64,000 bases of DNA from Burkholderiales bacterium (GCA_022841915.1 JALHQN010000004.1:280979-344978), one strand, 5' to 3'. Shown: positions 47,879 through 58,719, counted from the stretch's first letter. Program-made: numbers and translations. Notes: generated from the sequence alone by a model not told the origin.

Positions 47879-48625
47879 TCAGAGGGACTGACCCCCATCG
47901 ACCGCAATCGTCTGGCCCGTCACCCACGAGGCGAGATCGCTGGCAAGGAACGCTGCGACCTGAGCGACCTCCTCGGGTGTGCCGTAGCGGCCGCTCGGGA
48001 TGCCGGCCTGGATGCGCTCGTAGAGCGCGGGGTTGTTCTTCTTGGCGTTGTCCCACACACCGCCTTCGAAATAGATCGAACCGGGTGCGATTGCGTTGAC
48101 GCGGATGCGTTTGCTCGCGAGCGCGGCGGCCTGGGTCTGCGTGTAGTTGATGATCGCCGCCTTGGCGGCCGCATACGGAGGCGTTCTCACCGTCGCCCGC
48201 AGGCCCGAGATCGAGGAGATGTGGATGATGCTGCCGCCTTGTCGTTCCAGGTGCGGCAGGGCGGTATGACAGGCGCGCACGGCGGCCATCAGATCGATCT
48301 GCAGGCTGGCTGCCCAGCCGGCTTCGTCGTCGGTGCGCCCGAAGCCCGAGGCGTTGTTCACCAGGATGTCGATGCCGCCGAGATCCTGGGCCGTGGCCTC
48401 CACCCAGGCCCGGATCTGCGTCTCTTGCGCGAGATCGCAGGTGCGGGCGCTGACCTTGCGGCCAGCCGCTTTCAGCAGCGCCGCAGCCGCGTCGAGCGAC
48501 GCCTGCTGTCGGGCGCAGATCGCCACGTCCGCGCCTGAAGCCGCGAATGCGCGTGCGATGGAAAGGCCGATGCCGCGACTGCCCCCGGCGATGAGGGCGC
48601 GTCGCCCGGTCAAGTCGATGTTCAT
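47879..48625 (-). CDS. SDR-family oxidoreductase
   Basis: 248 aa from MNIDLTGRRALIAGGSRGIG, with NNAS and YAAAKAA. The ORF-track version to 49159 is an extension. Confidence 0.85.
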   Translation of the reverse strand: MNIDLTGRRALIAGGSRGIGLSIARAFAASGADVAICARQQASLDAAAALLKAAGRKVSARTCDLAQETQIRAWVEATAQDLGGIDILVNNASGFGRTDDEAGWAASLQIDLMAAVRACHTALPHLERQGGSIIHISSISGLRATVRTPPYAAAKAAIINYTQTQAAALASKRIRVNAIAPGSIYFEGGVWDNAKKNNPALYERIQAGIPSGRYGTPEEVAQVAAFLASDLASWVTGQTIAVDGGQSL

Positions 48626-48779
48626 GGCGGGTCTCCCTTGGCTATCTTTGTTGGTTCGGTCGAGTATCGCTCGCTCGGTCGGCGCAGGGCAATCGCCGCG
48701 CCTCGTATGCCGCGGCGGCGCAGGGGCCGCGGACGCTTCCGTGATAAAAACGGTCATCGACCTTCGGAGGGGAACAGGC

Positions 48780-49949
48780 ATGAAGATCACGCAGGTACGC
48801 GCCATTCCGATGTCGGACCCGGTGCCGCCCGAGCGCCGCCATCGCACCGATCTCGGCACGAAGATGAAAAGCGATGCGACGCTCATCATCGTCGAGACCG
48901 ACAGCGGGTTGACAGGCATCGGCGCTGCGCTCGGCACACCGCCCGTGGTCGCCGCCATCGTCGAACACGAACTCGCCCCCGAGGTGGTCGGCGAAGACCC
49001 CATGTTCTCCGAGCGCATCTTCGAGAAGATGTACAACGGGTCGCGCGCCGAGCCTGCCTTGGAGCGGGGTGTGCCGCAGGCCGAAACCAGCCGGCGCAGC
49101 GGCATGGTGATGGAAGCGCTCTCCGGCATCGATATCGCGATCTGGGACGTGAAGGCCAAGGCCCTGGGCGTGCCCGTGTATCAGGCGCTCGGCGCGGTGC
49201 GCTCCAAGGTGCGTGCCTACGGCAGCGGCGGCTGGGCGCCCGGCGACGAGGCCGAGGCGGAGTTGGGCGGCTACGCGGCCAAGGGGTACACCGCGGTGAA
49301 GATGCGCGTGGTCGGCCGGGACGGCTTCTCCATCGAAAACTGCGTGCGCCGCGTCGAGGCGGCGCGGCGAGGGATAGGCAAGCACGTCGAGCTGATGGTC
49401 GATGCCCACGCTTCGCTGGAGACGCCGGTTGCGATCAGGCTGGCGAAGGCCCTGGAGCCTTACGACATCGCATGGTTCGAAGAGCCGGTGTCGCCCGACA
49501 ATCATGCCGGCATGGCGCAGGTGCGAGCGTCCACGCGCATACCGATCGCCTCCGGCGAGCGCGAGTTCTCGCGCTACGGGTTCAAGAGCATGCTCGAACA
49601 CCGGGCGATCGACATCGCTCAGCCCGATGTCGCCCGGGCGGGCGGTCTGACCGAGATTCGTCGGATTGCGGCCCTGACGAGTGCGTATGACATTCGGCTG
49701 GCGCCGCACGCATGGGGATCCGGAGTGTTGTTCGCTGCCAGCATCCACGTGGCCATGGCGGCGGCGAACTGTCATATCCTGGAAGTGAGTCAGGGCTACA
49801 TGCCGATGATGAACGAGCTGTTCGTCGAGCCCTACGATATACGCGAAGGCTATGTCCACGCGCCGGATCGGCCGGGGCTGGGCTTCACGCTGCGGCCCGA
49901 GGCGCTGGAGCGATTCAAATACGTCGACGGCCCCGAATATTCCTTCTGA
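48780..49949 (+). CDS. Mandelate racemase/muconate-lactonizing-enzyme (enolase superfamily) protein
   Basis: 389 aa from MKITQVRAIPM, with metal-ligand contexts MVDAHASL, FEEP and SGERE, plus DIAQPD. Confidence 0.85.
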   Translation: MKITQVRAIPMSDPVPPERRHRTDLGTKMKSDATLIIVETDSGLTGIGAALGTPPVVAAIVEHELAPEVVGEDPMFSERIFEKMYNGSRAEPALERGVPQAETSRRSGMVMEALSGIDIAIWDVKAKALGVPVYQALGAVRSKVRAYGSGGWAPGDEAEAELGGYAAKGYTAVKMRVVGRDGFSIENCVRRVEAARRGIGKHVELMVDAHASLETPVAIRLAKALEPYDIAWFEEPVSPDNHAGMAQVRASTRIPIASGEREFSRYGFKSMLEHRAIDIAQPDVARAGGLTEIRRIAALTSAYDIRLAPHAWGSGVLFAASIHVAMAAANCHILEVSQGYMPMMNELFVEPYDIREGYVHAPDRPGLGFTLRPEALERFKYVDGPEYSF

Positions 49950-49961
49950 GCGACCTTCACG

Positions 49962-51260
49962 ATGACATCGAGCACGAACAGCGCAAAGATCGATCTACGG
50001 CAGGCCCAGGATCGCTGGGTGGTGAGTTGGGCGGCTTCCCTGCAGGGTCCGTACCCCGCCGGCAACGCGGCGGCGCAGCCCGACATGACGCTGGCGTTTC
50101 CGGTGCCGCAGGCGGGGGCGCGGGACCAGTCGTTCCGTGCCATCGTAAGGCCGACGCTATGGGGGCGAAAAGCCCGCTTGCGCTTGAGCAACGCGCTAGG
50201 CATGCAGCCTGTGTCGTTCAACCACGTGCACGTGGGGCTGCACCAGGCGAGCGCCGCCCTGGTCCCGGGGACCAATCGCGCGGTCAGGTTCGCAGGTGCC
50301 GCCGGCGTCGTCGTGCCGCCGGGTGCTTCGGTATGGAGCGATCCAGTCGACCTCGACTTCATCGTCGATCCCGATGCCGTCGAGCTGGCGGGACGCAAGC
50401 TGGCTGTCAGCTTCCACGTGGACGGTGAGAGCGGTCCGATGAGCTGGCATGCCAAAGCGCTGCAGACTTCCTATCTGGGCTTTCCCGGCACACCCGCCAG
50501 GACCGACGACGAGGGCGAGGCGGGTTTTCCGCTGACCGCCAATTCGTGGTTCTTTCTCGATGCCATCGACATGGCGATGCCGCACGATACCTATGCGATC
50601 GTGGCTTTCGGCGACTCGATCACCGACGGCTCGCTGTCGACGCTCAACGGCGACGATCGCTGGCCCGATGTACTCGCGCGCCGGCTGAGGGTGCGGCATG
50701 GCAACCGCATCGCCGTCGTCAATGCGGGCATCGGGGGCAACCAGGTGGTCGGTCCAGCCGCGTACTCCACGGCCCAGCCGTTCCCGGGCGGGCCGTCGGC
50801 GCTGACGCGCCTGGAGCGCGATGTTCTGAGCTTGTCGGGGGTGGGTGCCGTGGTCTGGCTCGAAGGAATCAACGACTTCAGCACCAACGGCAACGCCAGC
50901 ATGGAGGCGGTGCGCGCCGGATTGACCGAGGGCGTGCAGCGCATGCGCGCGAGTCTTCCTGGCGTGCGCATCCTCGGGGCGACGCTCACGACGGCACTGA
51001 ACGCCGCACAAACCCATCACGGGTTCCCCGAGGAGGACGCCAAGCGCCGCGCCTTGAACGAATTCATCCGCGGCGCCGGGGTCTTCGATGCGGTGGTCGA
51101 CTTCGATGCCGTCATCACCGACCCGTCGACGGGCGAGATGCGCACCGAGTTCGTTCACAACACCACGGTCGGCGGGGCCGGCGACAAGCTGCATCCGAAC
51201 CGGCTCGGTTATCTCGCGATGGGGATGGCGTTCGACCTGGAAGTGTTCAAGGCGCCGTAG
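49962..51260 (+). CDS. SGNH/GDSL-hydrolase-family protein with about 200-aa N-terminal extra domain
   Basis: 432 aa with block I VAFGDSITDG, block III AGIGGN, and block V D..HPN near the C-terminus. Confidence 0.8.
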   Translation: MTSSTNSAKIDLRQAQDRWVVSWAASLQGPYPAGNAAAQPDMTLAFPVPQAGARDQSFRAIVRPTLWGRKARLRLSNALGMQPVSFNHVHVGLHQASAALVPGTNRAVRFAGAAGVVVPPGASVWSDPVDLDFIVDPDAVELAGRKLAVSFHVDGESGPMSWHAKALQTSYLGFPGTPARTDDEGEAGFPLTANSWFFLDAIDMAMPHDTYAIVAFGDSITDGSLSTLNGDDRWPDVLARRLRVRHGNRIAVVNAGIGGNQVVGPAAYSTAQPFPGGPSALTRLERDVLSLSGVGAVVWLEGINDFSTNGNASMEAVRAGLTEGVQRMRASLPGVRILGATLTTALNAAQTHHGFPEEDAKRRALNEFIRGAGVFDAVVDFDAVITDPSTGEMRTEFVHNTTVGGAGDKLHPNRLGYLAMGMAFDLEVFKAP

Positions 51261-51480
51261 CGGCACCGGCCGAGGCGGCGGGTTGCGCCGGCTCGGCTCG
51301 GTGGGTACGTCCCTAAGCATGGCTCGGTGCGCAAGCTCACCGGATGAGCCGGTACCCCCGTAGAATCGCCGGCAGCGGTTTGCGCGGCGTCCTCATCGAA
51401 GGTGCACCCAGAGTCTCGTTACGAACTCGTGGGTGGACAACGTCCGGCCGCCTTCGATCTTCACGGAGCACAGCGTCACC

Positions 51481-52740
51481 ATGCGTTTCCTGCATTGCGC
51501 CGACATTCATCTGGACAGCCCCTTGCGGGGGCTGGAGCGTTACGAAGGCGCGCCCGTGGAGGAAGTCCGCGCGGCGCCCAGGCGCGCGTTCGAGAACCTG
51601 GTGGATACAGCGATCGGCGAGCGTGTCGACTTCGTCGTGATCGCAGGCGATCTCTACGACGGCGACTGGCCCGATTTCAATACCGGCCTTTACTTCGCGC
51701 GGCAGATGGCGCGGCTGGGCGAGTCGGGCATTCCGGTGTTCGTCCTGCGCGGCAACCACGACGCGGTGAGCCGGATCTCGAAAAGCCTGCGCTTGCCGGA
51801 CAACGTGCATCTGTTCGATGCCGGCCACGCACACACCATTCTCGATGAGCAACTGGGCATCGCAGTGCACGGACAGAGCTTTGCCACTGCCGCAGTCACG
51901 GAGGATCTCGCGGCATCCTACCCGAGCGTCATTCCCGGCCTGTTCAACATTGGCGCGCTGCACACGGCACTGACCGGCCGCGCGGGCCACGAGCCCTATG
52001 CGCCGACCAGTCTCGATGTGCTCAGGAGCAAGGGCTATCGCTACTGGGCTCTGGGGCATGTGCATGCGCGCGAGATCGTCGCGACCGAGCCCTGGATCGT
52101 CTTCCCCGGCAATCTGCAGGGCCGGCACATCCGAGAGCAAGGGGGCAAGGGGGCCGAACTCGTGACGGTGGAGGGCGATCGGGTCAGCACGCAGCCGCTG
52201 GCCTTGGATGTGCTGCGCTGGACTAGCCTCGACCTCGACATCGCGAGTGTGCCGGATGAAGACGCGTTGTTCGATCTCGCGGCGGCGCGCATGCGCGCGG
52301 CGTTGCAGGAGGCCGACGGCCGCGCCTTGGCCGTGCGCGTGCGCATCGGCGGCTCGGGCGCTCTGCACAAGGCCCTCGTCACGCGGGCCGATGACATCCA
52401 GGCCGAACTGCGTCGCTGCGCAATCGAATTGTCGGGCGGACGCATCTGGCTGGAGAAGATCATCGTCGCTGCGCGTCCGGTGATCGATCTGGAGCGCCTT
52501 GCTCGCGGCGACGATCCGATCGCGTATCTGCTGCAGGACTTCGCTCGTCTGCGTGCGGATCCGTCCGCGCTGGCCGGCGTGGGCCAGGATGTCCTCGGCG
52601 AGCTGACGGCCAAGCTGCCGTCCGAACTCGTCGCCGGTGCGGACGGGCTCCATTGGGATGCTGCCGAGACGCTGCGCGAATTGCTCACGGAGGCCGAGGG
52701 TGAGCTGTTGGCGCGATTGGTCGAAGGAGATTCTGTGTGA
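51481..52740 (+). CDS. Metallophosphoesterase DNA-repair exonuclease, SbcD/Mre11-like (YhaO type)
   Basis: 419 aa with MRFLHCADIHLD, IAGDLYD, LRGNHD and ALGHVH. Confidence 0.85.
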   Translation: MRFLHCADIHLDSPLRGLERYEGAPVEEVRAAPRRAFENLVDTAIGERVDFVVIAGDLYDGDWPDFNTGLYFARQMARLGESGIPVFVLRGNHDAVSRISKSLRLPDNVHLFDAGHAHTILDEQLGIAVHGQSFATAAVTEDLAASYPSVIPGLFNIGALHTALTGRAGHEPYAPTSLDVLRSKGYRYWALGHVHAREIVATEPWIVFPGNLQGRHIREQGGKGAELVTVEGDRVSTQPLALDVLRWTSLDLDIASVPDEDALFDLAAARMRAALQEADGRALAVRVRIGGSGALHKALVTRADDIQAELRRCAIELSGGRIWLEKIIVAARPVIDLERLARGDDPIAYLLQDFARLRADPSALAGVGQDVLGELTAKLPSELVAGADGLHWDAAETLRELLTEAEGELLARLVEGDSV

Positions 52741-55700
52741 GGTTCGCGCGACTCTACCTGCGCGCCTACGGCCGCTTCACCGATCGCGTGCTCGAACTGC
52801 CGCGATCGCAGGGCGGCGATCTGCACCTTGTCTTCGGTCCGAACGAGGCGGGCAAGTCCACGACCTTGGCCGGCGTCACCGATTTTCTGTTCGGGTTCGA
52901 GCACCGGGCCAGCTTCGACTTCCATCATGCGGCTCAGGAGCTGCGCGTCGGTGCTTGCCTCGAAACGCCCGCAGGCGTGGTGCATGCCATGCGCCGCCGG
53001 GGGCGCAAGCAGACCTTGTTCGCATGCGATCCGGGCGCGCAGCTCGAAGGCGAGCCGCTGCCGGAAGACCTGCTCGCATCTGCGCTTTCGGGCCTCGATC
53101 GCAGCACGTACCGCATGTTGTTCGGTCTCGATCTCGATGCCCTGGTGGCGGGCGGCGAGGCCCTGCTCGCCGGCAAGGGCGAAGTCGGCCAGAGCCTGTT
53201 TCAAGCCGCCGCCGGGCTCTCCGCGTTGAAGGGGCTGGCGGACGACCTGCGCGGGACGGCGGACGCGTTGTTTACGGCGCGCGCATCGAAGCCCGTGCTG
53301 AATGCGGCGCTGAAGGGGTATGCCGATCAGGCCCGAGAGCTGCGCGATACCATGGTGCGCTCCCAGCAATGGGAAGCTGCTGAGGCTCGCCTGCGAGCCG
53401 CATCGCAGGCGGACCAACGCGCGCACCAAGCGCATCGGGATGCCCGTGTGCGGCGCGACCATCTGCTGCGCATCCGCTCGAACCTGCCGCTGCTCGCTCA
53501 GCGCAACGAATTCCTGACCGAACTGCATGCGCTCGCCGAGGTGCCGCGATTGCCTCCGGATGCGGCCGAGCGGCGCACTAAGGCCGAGGAGCGGCTGCGC
53601 GCGAGTCAGGCAGTGATCGAGACGGTGGCCGACGAGCTCACCCGCCTGGCGCAGGCGCGCGAACAGCTGTCCGTGCGTGAGGATCTGCTCGCGCAGGCGC
53701 TCAATCTCGAGGGGCTCTACCGAAGAATAGATGCCTGCGCCTTGGCGCGAGACGAACTTGCGCGCGGCGTCGGGGCGCTGGAAACCGCGCGAGCCCGGGT
53801 GAACGAATTGTTGCGCGAGCTTGCCGCGGAGGCCGAAGCGAACGATGCCGCTGCTTTGCTCCCGCCGCGAACCTTGGCCGCGCGGATTCGCGCGCTCGTG
53901 CGACAACACGCCGAACTGACGGGCACCCGGAACGGCGTTGCGACGCAGCTCGCCGAGGCAAGCGCTCAACGCTCCCGCGACCAGTCGGCCTTGGCCGCCT
54001 TGCCACCGGCCATGGATGGGGAAGCGCTCGATCCCGCCCTCGAGGAACTGGTGACCCTGCCTCAGGACGAGCGCAGCCTGCGCGAGCGCCAGGGCCAGGC
54101 GCAGGCCGACGAGGCTCAGGTTCGACGTCTGGTGGCCGAGCTTGGACACGCGGATGCCGAACGCCTGGCGCATCTTGCGCTGCCGACCCGCTCGACTGTC
54201 GCAGAGTTCCAGCAGCGCATCGATGTTCTCGATCAACGCATCAGCCAGAATGCGGGCGATGTAAGCAAGCTCACACGCGACTTGGACGAATGCAGCATCG
54301 AGCTGCACCGGCTGAGCGCCGGGGGTGAGGTGGTCACTCAGGCCGACGTGCGGCGGGCGCGTGCGCACCGCGACGATACCTGGCTGCAGGCGCGCCGCGC
54401 GTGGCTCGATGAAATCCCGGCGGAGGACGCGTCCGTTCGCAAGAAGGATGCCGACGCTGCCCTGTCGGATGCGGTGGAGCGCTCGATCCAGGAGGCGGAT
54501 CGGCTGGCCGACTATCTGCACGCGGATGTCGAACGGGCGACCCGCTATGAAGGCATCGCGAAGCGCATCGAGCAGATGACGGCGGCCCGGGCGGCGTTCG
54601 AACAGCAGGCGCTGGAGCTCGCGCATGCGAAGCGACAAATGCACATGGAATGGGTCGCGTGCTGCGCCGGGCTCGATTTGAGCGATTTGTCGCCGGCGGC
54701 CTTGATCGAGTGGATGCAAAAGCGCGAGCTGTTCGTGCATGCCTACGAACGACTGAAACAGCAGCGCGTGGAACTTGCAGCCATCGAGCAGATCCACGCT
54801 CGCCGTGTCGCCTGGCTGGAGGCTGCGCTGGCCGCCTGCGGTCTACCGGGCCTCGGCGCGCGAGACGGCATCGCAGCCGCGCTGCAGCGACTGCACAGGC
54901 ACAAGACCGCAGCCACCCGCGCCGATGCCGATCGCGCCATGCTCGAAAAACGCATGGCGTCCGGCCGCGAGCACATCCTGCGTTTGGAACACGCCCTCGA
55001 GCAGGCTCAGGCGCAGCTCGATCGCTGGCGCGACGACTGGATCGCGGCCACCGCGAGCTTGCGCCTGGCGGGCGACGCTCTTCCCGAAGAAGCCGAAACG
55101 AGGCTGGAGCAGTTCGAGCAACTGCGCGGCGCGCTCGAGGCCAGGGATGCATGCAAGCGCGGGTTACGGGATTGCGAGGCCACGGTCGGCGGGTTCGAGC
55201 GCGGCGTGGCCGAAATGAGCGCCGCACTCGGCGAAGGCGCGCTCGATCGTCCTGCCGAGATGATCGCGAGCGGATGGTTCGACGCCCTGGGAAAGGCGCG
55301 AGCGGACGAGCAGCGCCGGCAGGAGATAGCGCAGCGATTGCAGCGCGAGCAGCAGCGGCATGCCGATGCGGTGCGCGAGGCGCAGGCGGCTCGGATCGAA
55401 TTGACGGCGTTGGTTCAGGCGGCTGGCTGCGACGATGCCAACGGGCTTGCGCGTGTCGAGGCGGATGCTGCGCGGCGCGCGAGGCTAGAGGCCGACTTGG
55501 AGCGAACCGAGGAAACGCTGCGCGCGCAAAACGAGCGTGCCATCGCCGAGATCGTCGTGGAAGCCGCCTCGTTCGACACCGAGGGCGTTGCGACGGAGCT
55601 GGCGGATCTCGACGCGCGACTGGTGAATCTCGAGTCGGCACTGCGTTCCGCGCAGAGCGCGGAGCACGAGGCGCGTCGGGAGTTCGATGCGATGGACGGC

Positions 55701-56264
55701 AGCGCGCGGGCCGCCGAGCTGCAAGGCTCGCAAGCAGCGCTCGCCGCGCAAATACAGGGTCATGCCCGTCGGTGGGCGCGTGCGCGGCTCGCGAGCGAGT
55801 TGCTGCGCCGAGTCGTTCAGACGTACCGGGAGCGCCATCAAGGGCCGTTGCTGGAGCGCGCGTCTGCAATCTTCGCGCACATCACCTGCGGCGGTTTCGC
55901 AAGCCTGGCGACCGACTACGTCGATGACGAGCAAGTGCTGCTCGGGGTGCGGGCGGGCGGGGAGCAGGTGCCGGTCGCGGGCATGAGCAAAGGCACCCGC
56001 GACCAGATGTATCTCGCATTGCGCTTGGCGACCATCGAAGCGCATCTGGCCAGTCGAGGCCGTTTTCCCGTGATCGTGGACGATCTGCTCGTTCAGTTCG
56101 ACGATGCCCGGGCGCTTGCGACGCTCGAGGTGTTCAGGGAGCTGTCTTCGAAAACGCAGGTGCTCTTCTTCACACACCACGCTCATCTTCTCGACTTGGC
56201 GCAGCACGCCGGGATCGTTGCTGCTTCGACGGTGCATCGTCTCGACGCAATGTCTTTGTCCTGA
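52737..56264 (+). CDS. Large coiled-coil AAA/ABC-type ATPase, SbcC/Rad50-like (YhaN type)
   Basis: GTG start overlapping the upstream stop (GTGA). 1175 aa with Walker A GPNEAGKST, about 900 aa of Ala/Glu/Arg/Leu-rich helical region, a signature-like SKGTRDQ, and Walker B PVIVDDLLVQFDD. Confidence 0.8.
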   Translation: MRFARLYLRAYGRFTDRVLELPRSQGGDLHLVFGPNEAGKSTTLAGVTDFLFGFEHRASFDFHHAAQELRVGACLETPAGVVHAMRRRGRKQTLFACDPGAQLEGEPLPEDLLASALSGLDRSTYRMLFGLDLDALVAGGEALLAGKGEVGQSLFQAAAGLSALKGLADDLRGTADALFTARASKPVLNAALKGYADQARELRDTMVRSQQWEAAEARLRAASQADQRAHQAHRDARVRRDHLLRIRSNLPLLAQRNEFLTELHALAEVPRLPPDAAERRTKAEERLRASQAVIETVADELTRLAQAREQLSVREDLLAQALNLEGLYRRIDACALARDELARGVGALETARARVNELLRELAAEAEANDAAALLPPRTLAARIRALVRQHAELTGTRNGVATQLAEASAQRSRDQSALAALPPAMDGEALDPALEELVTLPQDERSLRERQGQAQADEAQVRRLVAELGHADAERLAHLALPTRSTVAEFQQRIDVLDQRISQNAGDVSKLTRDLDECSIELHRLSAGGEVVTQADVRRARAHRDDTWLQARRAWLDEIPAEDASVRKKDADAALSDAVERSIQEADRLADYLHADVERATRYEGIAKRIEQMTAARAAFEQQALELAHAKRQMHMEWVACCAGLDLSDLSPAALIEWMQKRELFVHAYERLKQQRVELAAIEQIHARRVAWLEAALAACGLPGLGARDGIAAALQRLHRHKTAATRADADRAMLEKRMASGREHILRLEHALEQAQAQLDRWRDDWIAATASLRLAGDALPEEAETRLEQFEQLRGALEARDACKRGLRDCEATVGGFERGVAEMSAALGEGALDRPAEMIASGWFDALGKARADEQRRQEIAQRLQREQQRHADAVREAQAARIELTALVQAAGCDDANGLARVEADAARRARLEADLERTEETLRAQNERAIAEIVVEAASFDTEGVATELADLDARLVNLESALRSAQSAEHEARREFDAMDGSARAAELQGSQAALAAQIQGHARRWARARLASELLRRVVQTYRERHQGPLLERASAIFAHITCGGFASLATDYVDDEQVLLGVRAGGEQVPVAGMSKGTRDQMYLALRLATIEAHLASRGRFPVIVDDLLVQFDDARALATLEVFRELSSKTQVLFFTHHAHLLDLAQHAGIVAASTVHRLDAMSLS

Positions 56265-56817
56265 TCCAGGTTTGTCAAACGACTGGGTGGGGCGGTGCTG
56301 TGCGTTCCCCGGTGTTCGATCGGGCAATGCCGAAGTCATTGCTGAAGCGGATCATATTGACGCTGCATCGACCGGCTATCGCTGCGCGCCTTTTCATCCC
56401 ATTTGTCATGTGATGCATTTTGAGTTCTCCGGCATGAGACTCGATGGCAAGCATGCGCTTGCATATCATGGTCTCGCGGGCCGCGATGCGCAATCGAGGC
56501 TAGGGGCTGTCCTCTACGAGCCAGCCCGCATTGTGCTCGAGCAACGAGGTGGCTACACTGGTCTTCAATGAATTTCGCAATTATCCATTTTGCCGGCGCA
56601 CGACAGGCTGGCGATCAAGCGATGTTCCTTTCGCGGGCGCGTAGTGCGGTGTCCAGCACCGCCGGTATGCGCCGGGCCCTTCAACAGGCACATGGGTTTT
56701 CGTCACGATTCCCATGAACAGCGGTAGATGACCGGAACAATCTAGGCTGGTCTCGGTCCAGTATGCTGGAGCGCATCGGTGCGCGCTCCGGATCCCTCTA
56801 AACAGAGCGAAGACGCG

Positions 56818-57351
56818 ATGACAGATTCGAGTACGTTGCCGTACGCAACGCATCCCCTTTGCTTTCGCCCTGCGCGCCCCGATGATGGGGCTGCGCTCTG
56901 GCGACTGGTCAGGTCGACGGGCACGCTCGAACTCAATTCCGCGTACTTCTACGTACTGTTTGCCACGGACTTCGGCGATACCTGTCTCGTGGCGGAGAAT
57001 GACAAAGGCATCATTGGTGCGGTGATCGGCTATCATCCGCCGCGAGCGCCCGATACCGCATTCGTATGGCAGGTCGGCGTGGTGCCGGAGCGGCGCGGCG
57101 AAGGATTGGGGCTCGGGCTCTTGAACGCCTGGCTGGAACTCCCATCTAACCGGAAGTGTCGCTGGTTGACAGCGACGGTGGCGGAAGACAACGCAGCATC
57201 GCAAGCATTGTTCCGCAGCGTGGCTCGCGCACGAGGCGTGCGTTGCGAGATGACGCCGCATTTCACGGCATCCATGTTTCCGTATGAGCATGTAGCAGAG
57301 CCGATGCTTCGCATCGGTCCCTTGGCGCGACGCGCACTGGCAGACGTCTGA
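56818..57351 (+). CDS. ectA: L-2,4-diaminobutyrate acetyltransferase
   Basis: 177 aa GNAT (FRPARPDDGAALWRLV...LELNSAYFYVLFATDF...VWQVGVVPERRGEGLG), placed first in the conserved ectABCD order. Confidence 0.9.
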   Translation: MTDSSTLPYATHPLCFRPARPDDGAALWRLVRSTGTLELNSAYFYVLFATDFGDTCLVAENDKGIIGAVIGYHPPRAPDTAFVWQVGVVPERRGEGLGLGLLNAWLELPSNRKCRWLTATVAEDNAASQALFRSVARARGVRCEMTPHFTASMFPYEHVAEPMLRIGPLARRALADV

Positions 57352-57432
57352 CCAGATGCGCTGCTGAACAAGCGCTGTCTCTTCGCATCGGCTTCGGCCT
57401 TTGCACCCATGCGTTTGGAGAAAGGATCAACC

Positions 57433-58719
57433 ATGACCGCATTCAACACGTTCGAACGACACGAATCCGAGGTCCGAGGCTATTGCCGCAGCTTTCCCGC
57501 GGTGTTCAGTACCGCCAAAGGGGCCTGGATGACCGATGAGAACGGGCGCCAATACCTAGATTTCTTCTGCGGTGCGGGCGTATTGAACTACGGCCACAAT
57601 CCTGATCGTATCCGGGCGGCTTTGCTCGGATACCTCATGAGCGACGGGATCACGCATACGCTGGACATGTATAGCGAAGCCAAGCAGCGCTTCATCGAGC
57701 GGTTCAACGAAGTGATCCTCGAGCCGCGCGGGCTCTCGTACAAGTTCCAGTTTCCCGGTCCAACCGGCACCAATGCCGTCGAGGCCGCGCTCAAACTCGC
57801 GCGCAAAGTGACTGGTCGTGAGCAGGTGATCGGTTTTACCAACGCGTTCCACGGCATGACGCTCGGTGCTTTGGCCGTGACGGGCAACGGCTTCAAGCGC
57901 GCCGGCGCCGGTGTGCCGCTCGGCCATAGCGCTTCGGTACCTTTCGACGGTTACCTCGGGCAGGACACCGACACGCTCGATTACTTCGAAGCCATGTTGA
58001 AGGACCAGGGCAGCGGCATGGACATGCCCGCGGCGGTGATCGTCGAGACGGTGCAGGCAGAAGGTGGGGTCAACGTAGCAAGCGCCGCGTGGCTCAAGCG
58101 CTTGCGCGAGATCACGCAACAGCACGAGATTCTGCTCATCGTCGACGACATTCAAGTCGGATGCGGGCGAACCGGGCGGTTCTTCAGCTTCGAGGAAGCG
58201 GGCATCGTGCCGGATATCGTGACGCTGTCGAAGTCCCTATCGGGCTACGGGCTGCCGCTCGCGCTGGTGCTCATCAAGCCGGAATACGATGTCTGGGCGC
58301 CCGGCGAACACAACGGCACGTTCCGGGGCCATTGTCCTGCGTTCGTCACCGCGACCGCGGCGCTGAACTACTGGCAAGACGACAATCTGCATCAAAGCGT
58401 GGTGCAGAAGGGGAAGTTGGTCGAGAAGCGGCTGCGCGGCATGATCGACAAGCTCGGCATCGAAGCGCAGGTGCGGGGCCGAGGACTGATACACGGCATC
58501 GAGTTCTCCGATCCCAAAGTGGCCAATGCCGTCTCGCAGGCATGCTTCAAGCGAGGCCTCATCATCGAGACCTCCGGCATCGACGACCAGGTGCTGAAGC
58601 TGCTGCCCAGCCTGACGATCAAGGACGCGGAGTTGAAGCAAGGTCTGGACATCATCGAGGCAAGCGTGCGTGAAGTGCTCTTGGGTGAGACCCGGGAGGA
58701 TCTGATCGCGGCAGCCTAG
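57433..58719 (+). CDS. ectB: Diaminobutyrate--2-oxoglutarate transaminase
   Basis: 428 aa with [16 protein letters not shown], a class-III aminotransferase body, [13 protein letters not shown], and the PLP lysine context [10 protein letters not shown]. Confidence 0.95.
   Translation: MTAFNTFERHESEVRGYCRSFPAVFSTAKGAWMTDENGRQYLDFFCGAGVLNYGHNPDRIRAALLGYLMSDGITHTLDMYSEAKQRFIERFNEVILEPRGLSYKFQFPGPTGTNAVEAALKLARKVTGREQVIGFTNAFHGMTLGALAVTGNGFKRAGAGVPLGHSASVPFDGYLGQDTDTLDYFEAMLKDQGSGMDMPAAVIVETVQAEGGVNVASAAWLKRLREITQQHEILLIVDDIQVGCGRTGRFFSFEEAGIVPDIVTLSKSLSGYGLPLALVLIKPEYDVWAPGEHNGTFRGHCPAFVTATAALNYWQDDNLHQSVVQKGKLVEKRLRGMIDKLGIEAQVRGRGLIHGIEFSDPKVANAVSQACFKRGLIIETSGIDDQVLKLLPSLTIKDAELKQGLDIIEASVREVLLGETREDLIAAA

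Noticed and set aside
56275-57291. The minus-strand ORFs 56275-56493 (72 aa) and 56581-57291 (236 aa) are candidates for a divergent EctR/MarR-type regulator upstream of ectA.
   Set aside because: Neither has a winged-helix pattern. The larger one is largely antisense to ectA itself, and the smaller has atypical composition and no RBS.
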